Below, piece after piece: positions 1-13,492 of a stretch of 64,000 nucleotides of DNA (within the stretch, counting starts at the first letter, position 1; each line of letters starts with the position of its first letter). The stretch is from the human T2T-CHM13v2.0 reference genome, Homo sapiens. The stretch is taken from the NCBI RefSeq assembly GCF_009914755.1, contig NC_060939.1; one strand, 5' to 3'. Below the pieces are notes generated by a model. That model was not told the DNA's origin. It did no database searches and saw only the letters and a list, made by a program, of their open reading frames with translations. Made by a program: the position numbers and the translations under genes.

Positions 1-3000
1 TTGATTACATTCCATTCGACTCCATTCCATTCGAGTCCATTCCATTCCAGTCCATTCCATTCGATTCCATTCCATTCGATTCCATTCCACTCATTTCCAC
101 TCCATTGCATTCCATTGCATTCCATTCTATTCCATTCCATTGCATTCCATTCCTTTCGATTCCATTCCATTCGAATCAATTACATTGCAATGCATTACTT
201 TCATGCCCTTTCTATTAAAGTCCAATGCATTATGGTCCATTCCATTCAATTCCATTCTATTCCATTCCATTCGAATCAATTACATTGCAATCCATCACAT
301 TCAAGTACCTTCTGTTCCAGTCCATTCAATTCTGGTCTATTCCATTCAATTCCATTCCCTTTGTTTCCATTCCATTCTTGTACATTCCATTGGATTCCAT
401 CTCATTGAAATAAGTTCTATTCGAGACCATTTCTTCGAGTCCAATCAATTTGAGTCCATTCCATTCGAGTCCATTACATCTGGGTCTATTCCATTCCATC
501 CCATTCCATTCGATGCCATTCAATTTGATTCTTTTCCTTTCGGCTCCATTCCTTTCCTTTCAGTTCCATCGGATTCCATTCCATTCTATTCCTTTCCATT
601 TCATTGCATTCCATTCCATTCCACTGGAGACCATTCCACTTCAGTGCATTCCATTCCAGTGTATTCCATTCCATTCCATTCCATTCCATTCCATTCCATT
701 CCATTCCATTCCATTCGATATCTTTCCATTACACTCCATTCCATTGTATTCCTTTACAGTCCATTCATTTCCATTCTATTCGATTCCATTCAATTCAATT
801 CCATTACATTCGACTCCATTTCATTCGAGTCCATTGCTATCCATTTCATTCCAATTCTTTCTGTTCTATTCCATTCCGTTCGATTCCATTTTGTTCCAGT
901 CCATTCCATTCGAGTCCATTGCTTTCCAGTGCAATTCATTTGATTCCACTCCATTCGATTCCATTCCACTCAATTCCACTCCGTTCCATTCCTTTGCGTT
1001 CCTTTCTCTTCCATTCCATTGCATTCCATTCCATTCCATTCCATTTGTTTACATTCCATTGAATTCCAATCCAGTTGAATCAATTACATTGCAGTCCATT
1101 ACATTCGAGTCTGTTCTATCCCAGTTCATTCGATTCTGGTGCATTCCATTGGATTCCTTTCCATTCGATACCATTCCATACTATTGCATTCCATTCGATT
1201 CCATTGTTTTCGAATAAATTCCAATCGAGACCATTCCTTTCGTGTCCATTCTATTTGACTCCATTCCATTTGAGTCCAATAAATTTGTGAACATTCCATT
1301 CCTTTCCATTCCATTCCATTCCATTCCATTCGGTGCCATTCCATTCCACTCTATTCCATTCAAGTCCATTCTATTTGATTCCATTCCATTCCATTCGATG
1401 CCATTACATTCAATTCTATTCCATTCGACTCCATTCAATTCCATTCTCTTCCAAACGATTCCATTCCATTCTATTACTTTCTATTCCAATCCATTCCATT
1501 CCTTTCCATTCGTTTCCATTCCATTCGAGTCCACTCCACTCCAGTCCATTCCATTCCAGGCCATTCCATTCAAGTCCATTCCACTCCATTCCATTCCATT
1601 CGATATCTTTCAATAACACCCCATTCCATTCTGTTCCTTACAAATCAATTCAATTCCATTCCATTTGATTCCATTAAATTCGATTACATTCCATTCGACT
1701 CCATTCCATTCGACTCTATTCCATTCAAGTCCATTCCATTCCATTCCATTGCATTCCGTTCGAATCCCTATTCCATTGCATTTTGTTCCAGTCCATTCCA
1801 TTTGAGTCCATTCCATGCCAAATCATTCCATTTGATTCCATTCCAATCGATTCCATTGCACTCGAATCCAGTGCATTCCATTCCATTGCTTTCCATTCTA
1901 TTACATTCCATTGCATTACTTTGCATTCCATTTGATTACATTCCTTTCGATTGCATTAATTTCGAATCAATTACATTGCAATCCATTGCATTCGAGTTCT
2001 ATTCCAGTCCATTCCAGTCCATTCAAATCAGGCCCATTCCGTTCCATTCCATTCCATTCGATTCCATTCCATTCGAATCGATTGCATTGCAATGCTTTAC
2101 ATTCAAGTCTGTTTTATTCCAGTCCAATCCATTCCGGTCCATTCCGTTCGATTCCATTCCATTCGATGCCATTCCATACTATTGTATTTCATTCGATTCC
2201 ATTCTATTCAAATAAATTCCACTCGAGACCATTCCTTTGAGTCCATTCTATTTGAGTCCATTCCATTCGAGTCCATTACATTTGGGTCCATTCCATTCAA
2301 TTCCAATGCAATCCATTCCATTCGATGTCACTCCATTCATTTTTATTCCATTAGAATCCATGTCATTCGAGTCCATTCCATTCTATTCCATTCCACTCCA
2401 TTCCATTCCATTCCACTCCATTCCATTCGTTGCCGTTCCATTCAATTCTATTATATTCCACTCCATTTAATTCCATTCCATTCCATTCCATTCTATCCAA
2501 TTCCGTTCCATTCTATTCCTTTAAATTCTTCCATTCCATTCCATTCGTTTCCATTCCATTCGAGTAAAGTCCACTCCAGTCCTTTCCATTCGAGTCCATT
2601 CCTCTCCAGTGCATTCCGTTCAATCCATTCCATTCCAGTCCATTCCATTCGAGTCCGTTCCATTCCAGTCCATTCCATTCGAGTCAATTCCATTCAATTC
2701 GACATCTTTCCATAACGATCCATTCCATTCTATTCCTTTCGATTCCATTCCATTCTATTTCATTCCATTCGATTCCCTTCCATTGGACTCCTTTCCATTC
2801 GAGTGCATTCCATTCCGTTCCATTTCTTTCCGTTCTGTACAATTCCTACCGTTCGATTTCATTTTGTTCCAGTCCATTCCTTTCGCGTCCATTCCATTCC
2901 ATTTCACTCCATTCGATTCCATTCCATTCGATTCCATTCCACTCGATTCCACTTCGTTCCATTTCATTGCATTCCATTCTATTCACCTCTATTGCCTTCC

Positions 3001-6000
3001 ATTCCATTCCATTCGATTACATTCCATGCGATTCCATTCGAAATTGAATCAATTACATTGCTATCCATTACTATTGAGTCCGTTTTATTCCAGTCCACTG
3101 CATTCTGGTCCATTCCATTTGATTCCATTCCATTCTATTCCATTCCATACAGTTGCATTCCATTGGATTCCATTCTATATCTATAAATTCAATTCGAGAC
3201 CATTGCTTTTGAGTCCATTCTATATGATTCCATTCCATTCAAGTCCATTACATTTGGTTCAATTCCATTCCATTCCCTTCCCTTCCATTCCATTCCATTT
3301 GATATCAATCCATTCGATTCCATTCCATTCGAGCACATTCCATTCGAGTCCATTCCATTCGATGCCATTCCATTTGATTCTATTCCATTAGTCTCCTTTC
3401 AATTCCATTAATCTCCATTCCATTCCATTCTACTCCAACTGATTCCATTCCATTCTATTCCTTTCCATTCCATTTCATTCCATTCCATTCCATTTCATTC
3501 CATTCCATTCCATTCGCTTCCATTCCGTTCGTGTCCATTCCACTCCAGTCCATCCCATTCGTGTCCATTCCATTCCAGTCCATTCCATTTGTGTCCACTG
3601 CATTCCATTCCACTCCATTCCATATTATTCCATTACACTCCATTCCATTCTATTACTTTCATTTCCATTCAATTCCATTCCATTTGATTCCATTCCACTC
3701 GGTTTCATTCCATTTGAGTCCATTCCATTCCATTCCATTCCATTCCATTCCATTCCATTCCGTTCCATTCCTTTCAGTTCCATTCCATTCTGTTCCATTC
3801 CATTCCGTTCCATTCCATTCCATTCCATTCCGTTCCATTCCATTCCATTCCATTCCATTCCATTCCATTCCATTCCATTCCATTCCATTCCATTCCATTC
3901 GGTAACATTCCATATTGTTCCATTCGATTCCATTTGAATCCATCCATTCCAGTCCATTCCATTCGATTCCATTCCATTCCTTTCAATTCCCTTCCATTCC
4001 ATTCCATTCCACTTGATTCCACTCCATTCCCTTCCACTGCATTTCATTCGATTCCATTCCATTGCATTGCATTCCATTCCTTTGGATTGCATTCCATTCG
4101 ATTCCATTCCATTCGAATCAATTACATAGCAATCCATTACATTCGAGTCTATTCTATTCCGTTCCATTCGATTTCGTTCCAATCCATTCGATTCCATTCC
4201 ATTCGATTCCATTCCATGCTATTGCATTCCATTCGATTAAATTATATTCGAATAAGTTCCATTCAAGACCATTTCTTTTGAGTCCATTCTATTTGAGTCC
4301 ATTCCCTTTGATTCCATAACATTTGAGTCCATTCAATTCCATTCCTTTCGTTTCCATTCCATCTGATGCCATTCCATTCAATTCTGTTCTACTCGACTCC
4401 AATACATTCAATTCCATTCCATCCGATTCCATTACATTCTTTTCATTTCTTATCCTTTTCAAGCCATTCCATTCCATTCCATTCCACTCGTTTCCTTTCC
4501 ATTCGAGTCCATTCCTCTCCAGTCCATTCCGTTCAATCCATTCCATTCCAGTCCATTCCATTCGAGTCCATTCCCTTCCAGTCCATTCCATTCGAGTCAA
4601 TTCCATTCCATTCGATGTCTTTCCATAACGATCCATTCCATTCTATTCCTTTCGATTCCATTCCATTCTATTTCATTCCATTCGATTCCCTTCCATTGGA
4701 CTCCTTTCCATTCGAGTGCATTCCATTCCGTTCCGTTTCTTTCCGTTCTGTACGATTCCTACCGTTCGATTTCATTTTGTTCCAGTCCATTCCTCTCGCG
4801 TCCATTCCATTCCATTTCACTCCATTCGATTCCATTCCACTCGATTCCACTTCGTTCCATTTCATTGCATTCCGTTCTATTCAACTCTATTGCCTTCCAT
4901 TCCATTCCATTCGATTACATTCCATGCGATTCCATTCGAAATCGAATCAATTACATTGCAATCCATTACTATTGAGTCCGTTTTATTCCAGTCCACTGCA
5001 TTCTGGTCCATTCCATTTGATTCCATTCCATTCTATTCCATTCCATACAGTTGCATTCCATTGGATTCCATTCTATATCTATAAATTCAATTCGAGGCCA
5101 TTGCTTTTGAGTCCATTCTATATGATTCCATTCCATTCAAGTCTATTACATTTGGTACAATTCCCTTCCATTCCATTCCCTTCCATTCCATTCCATTTGA
5201 TATCAATCCATTCGATTCCATTCCATTCGAGCACATTCCATTCGAGTCCATTCCATTCGATGCCATTCCATTTGATTCTATTCCATTAGTCTCCATTCAA
5301 TTCCATTAATCTCCATTCCATTCCATTCTACTCCAACTGATTCCATTCCATTCTATTCCTTTCCATTCCATTTCATTCCATTCCATTCCATTCTATTCCA
5401 TTCCATTCCATTTCATTCCATTCCATTCCATTCGCTTCCATTCCATTCGTGTCCATTCCACTCCAGTCCATTCCATTCGTGTCCATTCCATTCCAGTCCA
5501 TTCCATTTGTGTCCACTGCATTCCATTCCACTCCATTCCATATTATTCCATTACACTCCATTCCATTCTATTACTTTCATTTCCATTCAATTCCATTCCA
5601 GTTGATTCCATTCCACTCGGTTTCATTCCATTTGAGTCCATTCCATTCCATTCCATTCCATTCCGTTCCATTCCATTCCATTCCGTTCCATTCCTTTCAG
5701 TTCCATTCCATTCTGTTCCATTCCATTCCATTCCATTCCATTCCATTCCATTCCATTCGGTACCATTCCATATTGTTCCATTCGATTCCATTCGAATCCA
5801 TTCCATTCCAGTCCATTCCATTCGATTCCATTCCATTCCTTTCAATTCCATTCCATTCCATTCCATTCCACTTGATTCCACTCCATTCCCTTCCACTGCA
5901 TTCCATTCGATTCCATTCCATTGCATTGCATTCCATTCCATTGGATTGCATTCCATTCGATTCCATTCCATTCGAATCAATTACATAGCAATCCATTACA

Positions 6001-6766
6001 TTCGAGTCTATTCTATTCTGTTCCATTCGATTTCGTTCCAATCCATTCGATTCCATTCCATTCGATTCCATTCCATACTATTGCATTCCATTCGATTAAA
6101 TTATATTCGAATAAGTTCCATTCAAGACCATTTCTTTTGAGTCCATTCTATTTGAGTCCATTCCCTTTGATTCCATAACATTTGAGTCCATTCAATTCCA
6201 TTCCTTTCGTTTCCATTCCATCTGATGCCATTCCATTCAATTCTGTTCTACTCGACTCCAATACATTCAATTCCATTCCATCCGATTCCATTACATTCTT
6301 TTCATTTCTTATCCATTTCAAGCCATTCCATTCCTTTCCATTCCACTCGTTTCCTTTCCATTCGAGTCCATTCCACTCCACTCCATTCCATTCGAATACA
6401 TTTCACTCCAGTCCATTCCATTCGAATTCATTTCACTCCAGTCCATTAAATTCGAGTACATTCCATTCCATTCTATTCAATGCCATTCCATTCGATTCTA
6501 TTCCTTTTGAAACCATTCCGTTCCATCCGATTCCATTCCATTTTATTCCATTCAATTCCATTCCATTGCATTCCATTCCATTCCATTCGTTTCCATTTCA
6601 TTCTAATTCATTCCGCTCAAGTCCATTCCATTCGAGTCCATTCCCTTCCAGTCCATTCCAATAGAGTCCATTGCTTTCCATTCCATTCGATATCTTCCCA
6701 TTACAGTCCATTCCATTCTATTCCTTTGGTTCCCATTCAATTCAATTCCATTTGATTACATTTCAT
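1..6766 (+). repeat. 6.77 kb higher-order unit, copy 1 (contains two ~1.9 kb monomer-type segments, 2580-4492 and 4493-6351)
   Basis: The sequence at 1 (ttgattacattccattcgactcc) recurs at 6767. Unique landmarks recur at offsets of 6761-6766: catgccctttctattaaag, ccactggagacc, caataacacccc, caaatcaggccc. Confidence 0.93.
3836..3900 (+). repeat. Pure (CATTC)n tract, ~13 units
   Basis: Uninterrupted cattc run. The equivalent tract in copy 2 (~10597-10646) is 15 bp shorter. Confidence 0.9.
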
Positions 6767-9700
6767 TTGATTACATTCCATTCGACTCCATTCCATTCGA
6801 GTCCATTCCATTCCAGTCCATTCCATTCGATTCCATTCCATTCGATTCCATTCCACTCATTTCCACTCCATTGCATTCCATTGCATTCCATTCTATTCCA
6901 TTCCATTGCATTCCATTCCTTTCGATTCCATTCCATTCGAATCAATTACATTGCAATGCATTACTTTCATGCCCTTTCTATTAAAGTCCAATGCATTATG
7001 GTCCATTCCATTCAATTCCATTCTATTCCATTCCATTCGAATCAATTACATTGCAATCCATCACATTCAAGTACCTTCTGTTCCAGTCCATTCAATTCTG
7101 GTCTATTCCATTCAATTCCATTCCCTTTGTTTCCATTCCATTCTTGTACATTCCATTGGATTCCATCTCATTGAAATAAGTTCTATTCGAGACCATTTCT
7201 TCGAGTCCAATCAATTTGAGTCCATTCCATTCGAGTCCATTACATCTGGGTCTATTCCATTCCATCCCATTCCATTCGATGCCATTCAATTTGATTCTTT
7301 TCCTTTCGGCTCCATTCCTTTCCTTTCAGTTCCATCGGATTCCATTCCATTCTATTCCTTTCCATTTCATTGCATTCCATTCCATTCCACTGGAGACCAT
7401 TCCACTTCAGTGCATTCCATTCCAGTGTATTCCATTCCATTCCATTCCATTCCATTCCATTCCATTCCATTCCATTCGATATCTTTCCATTACACTCCAT
7501 TCCATTGTATTCCTTTACAGTCCATTCATTTCCATTCTATTCGATTCCATTCAATTCAATTCCATTACATTCGACTCCATTTCATTCGAGTCCATTGCTA
7601 TCCATTTCATTCCAATTCTTTCTGTTCTATTCCATTCCGTTCGATTCCATTTTGTTCCAGTCCATTCCATTCGAGTCCATTGCTTTCCAGTGCAATTCAT
7701 TTGATTCCACTCCATTCGATTCCATTCCACTCAATTCCACTCCGTTCCATTCCTTTGCGTTCCTTTCTATTCCATTCCATTGCATTCCATTCCATTCCAT
7801 TCCATTTGTTTACATTCCATTGAATTCCAATCCAGTTGAATCAATTACATTGCAGTCCATTACATTCGAGTCTGTTCTATCCCAGTTCATTCGATTCTGG
7901 TGCATTCCATTGGATTCCTTTCCATTCGATACCATTCCATACTATTGCATTCCATTCGATTCCATTGTTTTCGAATAAATTCCAATCGAGACCATTCCTT
8001 TCGTGTCCATTCTATTTGACTCCATTCCATTTGAGTCCAATAAATTTGTGAACATTCCATTCCTTTCCATTCCATTCCATTCCATTCCATTCGGTGCCAT
8101 TCCATTCCACTCTATTCCATTCAAGTCCATTCTATTTGATTCCATTCCATTCCATTCGATGCCATTACATTCAATTCTATTCCATTCGACTCCATTCAAT
8201 TCCATTCTCTTCCAAACGATTCCATTCCATTCTATTACTTTCTATTCCAATCCATTCCATTCCTTTCCATTCGTTTCCATTCCATTCGAGTCCACTCCAC
8301 TCCAGTCCATTCCATTCCAGGCCATTCCATTCAAGTCCATTCCACTCCATTCCATTCCATTCGATATCTTTCAATAACACCCCATTCCATTCTGTTCCTT
8401 ACAAATCAATTCAATTCCATTCCATTTGATTCCATTAAATTCGATTACATTCCATTCGACTCCATTCCATTCGACTCTATTCCATTCAAGTCCATTCCAT
8501 TCCATTCCATTGCATTCCGTTCGAATCCCTATTCCATTGCATTTTGTTCCAGTCCATTCCATTTGAGTCCATTCCATGCCAAATCATTCCATTTGATTCC
8601 ATTCCAATCGATTCCATTGCACTCGAATCCAGTGCATTCCATTCCATTGCTTTCCATTCTATTACATTCCATTGCATTACTTTGCATTCCATTTGATTAC
8701 ATTCCTTTCGATTGCATTAATTTCGAATCAATTACATTGCAATCCATTGCATTCGAGTTCTATTCCAGTCCATTCCAGTCCATTCAAATCAGGCCCATTC
8801 CGTTCCATTCCATTCCATTCGATTCCATTCCATTCGAATCGATTGCATTGCAATGCTTTACATTCAAGTCTGTTTTATTCCAGTCCAATCCATTCCGGTC
8901 CATTCCGTTCGATTCCATTCCATTCGATGCCATTCCATACTATTGTATTTCATTCGATTCCATTCTATTCAAATAAATTCCACTCGAGACCATTCCTTTG
9001 AGTCCATTCTATTTGAGTCCATTCCATTCGAGTCCATTACATTTGGGTCCATTCCATTCAATTCCAATGCAATCCATTCCATTCGATGTCACTCCATTCA
9101 TTTTTATTCCATTAGAATCCATGTCATTCGAGTCCATTCCATTCTATTCCATTCCACTCCATTCCATTCCATTCCACTCCATTCCATTCGTTGCCGTTCC
9201 ATTCAATTCTATTATATTCCACTCCATTTAATTCCATTCCATTCCATTCCATTCTATCCAATTCCGTTCCATTCTATTCCTTTAAATTCTTCCATTCCAT
9301 TCCATTCGTTTCCATTCCATTCGAGTAAAGTCCACTCCAGTCCTTTCCATTCGAGTCCATTCCTCTCCAGTGCATTCCGTTCAATCCATTCCATTCCAGT
9401 CCATTCCATTCGAGTCCGTTCCATTCCAGTCCATTCCATTCGAGTCAATTCCATTCAATTCGACATCTTTCCATAACGATCCATTCCATTCTATTCCTTT
9501 CGATTCCATTCCATTCTATTTCATTCCATTCGATTCCCTTCCATTGGACTCCTTTCCATTCGAGTGCATTCCATTCCGTTCCATTTCTTTCCGTTCTGTA
9601 CAATTCCTACCGTTCGATTTCATTTTGTTCCAGTCCATTCCTTTCGCGTCCATTCCATTCCATTTCACTCCATTCGATTCCATTCCATTCGATTCCATTC

Positions 9701-12700
9701 CACTCGATTCCACTTCGTTCCATTTCATTGCATTCCATTCTATTCACCTCTATTGCCTTCCATTCCATTCCATTCGATTACATTCCATGCGATTCCATTC
9801 GAAATTGAATCAATTACATTGCTATCCATTACTATTGAGTCCGTTTTATTCCAGTCCACTGCATTCTGGTCCATTCCATTTGATTCCATTCCATTCTATT
9901 CCATTCCATACAGTTGCATTCCATTGGATTCCATTCTATATCTATAAATTCAATTCGAGACCATTGCTTTTGAGTCCATTCTATATGATTCCATTCCATT
10001 CAAGTCCATTACATTTGGTTCAATTCCATTCCATTCCCTTCCCTTCCATTCCATTCCATTTGATATCAATCCATTCGATTCCATTCCATTCGAGCACATT
10101 CCATTCGAGTCCATTCCATTCGATGCCATTCCATTTGATTCTATTCCATTAGTCTCCTTTCAATTCCATTAATCTCCATTCCATTCCATTCTACTCCAAC
10201 TGATTCCATTCCATTCTATTCCTTTCCATTCCATTTCATTCCATTCCATTCCATTTCATTCCATTCCATTCCATTCGCTTCTATTCCGTTCGTGTCCATT
10301 CCACTCCAGTCCATCCCATTCGTGTCCATTCCATTCCAGTCCATTCCATTTGTGTCCACTGCATTCCATTCCACTCCATTCCATATTATTCCATTACACT
10401 CCATTCCATTCTATTACTTTCATTTCCATTCAATTCCATTCCATTTGATTCCATTCCACTCGGTTTCATTCCATTTGAGTCCATTCCATTCCATTCCATT
10501 CCATTCCATTCCATTCCATTCCGTTCCATTCCTTTCAGTTCCATTCCATTCTGTTCCATTCCATTCCGTTCCATTCCATTCCATTCCATTCCGTTCCATT
10601 CCATTCCATTCCATTCCATTCCATTCCATTCCATTCCATTCCATTCGGTAACATTCCATATTGTTCCATTCGATTCCATTTGAATCCATCCATTCCAGTC
10701 CATTCCATTCGATTCCATTCCATTCCTTTCAATTCCCTTCCATTCCATTCCATTCCACTTGATTCCACTCCATTCCCTTCCACTGCATTTCATTCGATTC
10801 CATTCCATTGCATTGCATTCCATTCCTTTGGATTGCATTCCATTCGATTCCATTCCATTCGAATCAATTACATAGCAATCCATTACATTCGAGTCTATTC
10901 TATTCCGTTCCATTCGATTTCGTTCCAATCCATTCGATTCCATTCCATTCGATTCCATTCCATGCTATTGCATTCCATTCGATTAAATTATATTCGAATA
11001 AGTTCCATTCAAGACCATTTCTTTTGAGTCCATTCTATTTGAGTCCATTCCCTTTGATTCCATAACATTTGAGTCCATTCAATTCCATTCCTTTCGTTTC
11101 CATTCCATCTGATGCCATTCCATTCAATTCTGTTCTACTCGACTCCAATACATTCAATTCCATTCCATCCGATTCCATTACATTCTTTTCATTTCTTATC
11201 CTTTTCAAGCCATTCCATTCCATTCCATTCCACTCGTTTCCTTTCCATTCGAGTCCATTCCTCTCCAGTCCATTCCGTTCAATCCATTCCATTCCAGTCC
11301 ATTCCATTCGAGTCCATTCCCTTCCAGTCCATTCCATTCGAGTCAATTCCATTCCATTCGATGTCTTTCCATAACGATCCATTCCATTCTATTCCTTTCG
11401 ATTCCATTCCATTCTATTTCATTCCATTCGATTCCCTTCCATTGGACTCCTTTCCATTCGAGTGCATTCCATTCCGTTCCGTTTCTTTCCGTTCTGTACG
11501 ATTCCTACCGTTCGATTTCATTTTGTTCCAGTCCATTCCTCTCGCGTCCATTCCATTCCATTTCACTCCATTCGATTCCATTCCACTCGATTCCACTTCG
11601 TTCCATTTCATTGCATTCCGTTCTATTCAACTCTATTGCCTTCCATTCCATTCCATTCGATTACATTCCATGCGATTCCATTCGAAATCGAATCAATTAC
11701 ATTGCAATCCATTACTATTGAGTCCGTTTTATTCCAGTCCACTGCATTCTGGTCCATTCCATTTGATTCCATTCCATTCTATTCCATTCCATACAGTTGC
11801 ATTCCATTGGATTCCATTCTATATCTATAAATTCAATTCGAGGCCATTGCTTTTGAGTCCATTCTATATGATTCCATTCCATTCAAGTCTATTACATTTG
11901 GTATAATTCCCTTCCATTCCATTCCCTTCCATTCCATTCCATTTGATATCAATCCATTCGATTCCATTCCATTCGAGCACATTCCATTCGAGTCCATTCC
12001 ATTCGATGCCATTCCATTTGATTCTATTCCATTAGTCTCCATTCAATTCCATTAATCTCCATTCCATTCCATTCTACTCCAACTGATTCCATTCCATTCT
12101 ATTCCTTTCCATTCCATTTCATTCCATTCCATTCCATTCTATTCCATTCCATTCCATTTCATTCCATTCCATTCCATTCGCTTCCATTCCATTCGTGTCC
12201 ATTCCTCTCCAGTCCATTCCATTCGTGTCCATTCCATTCCAGTCCATTCCATTTGTGTCCACTGCATTCCATTACACTCCATTCCATATTATTCCATTAC
12301 ACTCCATTCCATTCTATTACTTTCATTTCCATTCAATTCCATTCCATTTGATTCCATTCCACTCGGTTTCATTCCATTTGAGTCCATTCCATTCCATTCC
12401 ATTCCATTCCATTCCATTCCGTTCCATTCCTTTCAGTTCCATTCCATTCTGTTCCATTCCATTCCATTCCATTCCATTCCATTCGGTACCATTCCATATT
12501 GTTCCCTTCGATTCCATTCGAATCCATTCCATTCCAGTCCATTCCATTCGATTCCATTCCATTCCTTTCAATTCCATTCCATTCCATTCCATTCCACTTG
12601 ATTCCACTCCATTCCCTTCCACTGCATTCCATTCGATTCCATTCCATTGCATTGCATTCCATTCCATTGGATTGCATTCCATTCGATTCCATTCCATTCG

Positions 12701-13492
12701 AATCAATTACATAGCAATCCATTACATTCGAGTCTATTCTATTCCGTTCCATTCGATTTCGTTCCAATCCATTCGATTCCATTCCATTCGATTCCATTCC
12801 ATACTATTGCATTCCATTCGATTAAATTATATTCGAATAAGTTCCATTCAAGACCATTTCTTTTGAGTCCATTCTATTTGAGTCCATTCCCTTTGATTCC
12901 ATAACATTTGAGTCCATTCAATTCCATTCCTTTCGTTTCCATTCCATCTGATGCCATTCCATTCAATTCTGTTCTACTCGACTCCAATACATTCAATTCC
13001 ATTCCATCCGATTCCATTACATTCTTTTCATTTCTTATCCATTTCAAGCCATTCCATTCCTTTCCATTCCACTCGTTTCCTTTCCATTCGAGTCCATTCC
13101 ACTCCACTCCATTCCATTCGAATACATTTCACTCCAGTCCATTCCATTCGAATTCATTTCACTCCAGTCCATTAAATTCGAGTACATTCCATTCCATTCT
13201 ATTCAATGCCATTCCATTCGATTCTATTCCTTTTGACACCATTCCGTTCCATCCGATTCCATTCCATTGTATTCCATTCAATTCCATTCCATTGCATTCC
13301 TTTCCATTCCATTCGTTTCCATTTCATTCTAATTCATTCCGCTCAAGTCCATTCCATTCGAGTCCATTCCCTTCCAGTCCATTCCAATAGAGTCCATTGC
13401 TTTCCATTCCATTCGATATCTTCCCATTACAGTCCATTCCATTCTATTCCTTTGGTTCCCATTCAATTCAATTCCATTTGATTACATTTCAT
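6767..13492 (+). repeat. 6.73 kb higher-order unit, copy 2
   Basis: Near-identical to copy 1, differing mainly in the length of pure pentamer tracts. The next start landmark is at 13493. Confidence 0.93.

Noticed and set aside
3175-3190. TATA-like tatatctataaa in each monomer; possible HSF1 or homeodomain sites (gaatcaatta)
   Set aside because: Short AT-rich matches arise readily from pentamer decay. I recognised no canonical inverted nGAAn array, and function cannot be supported from sequence alone.
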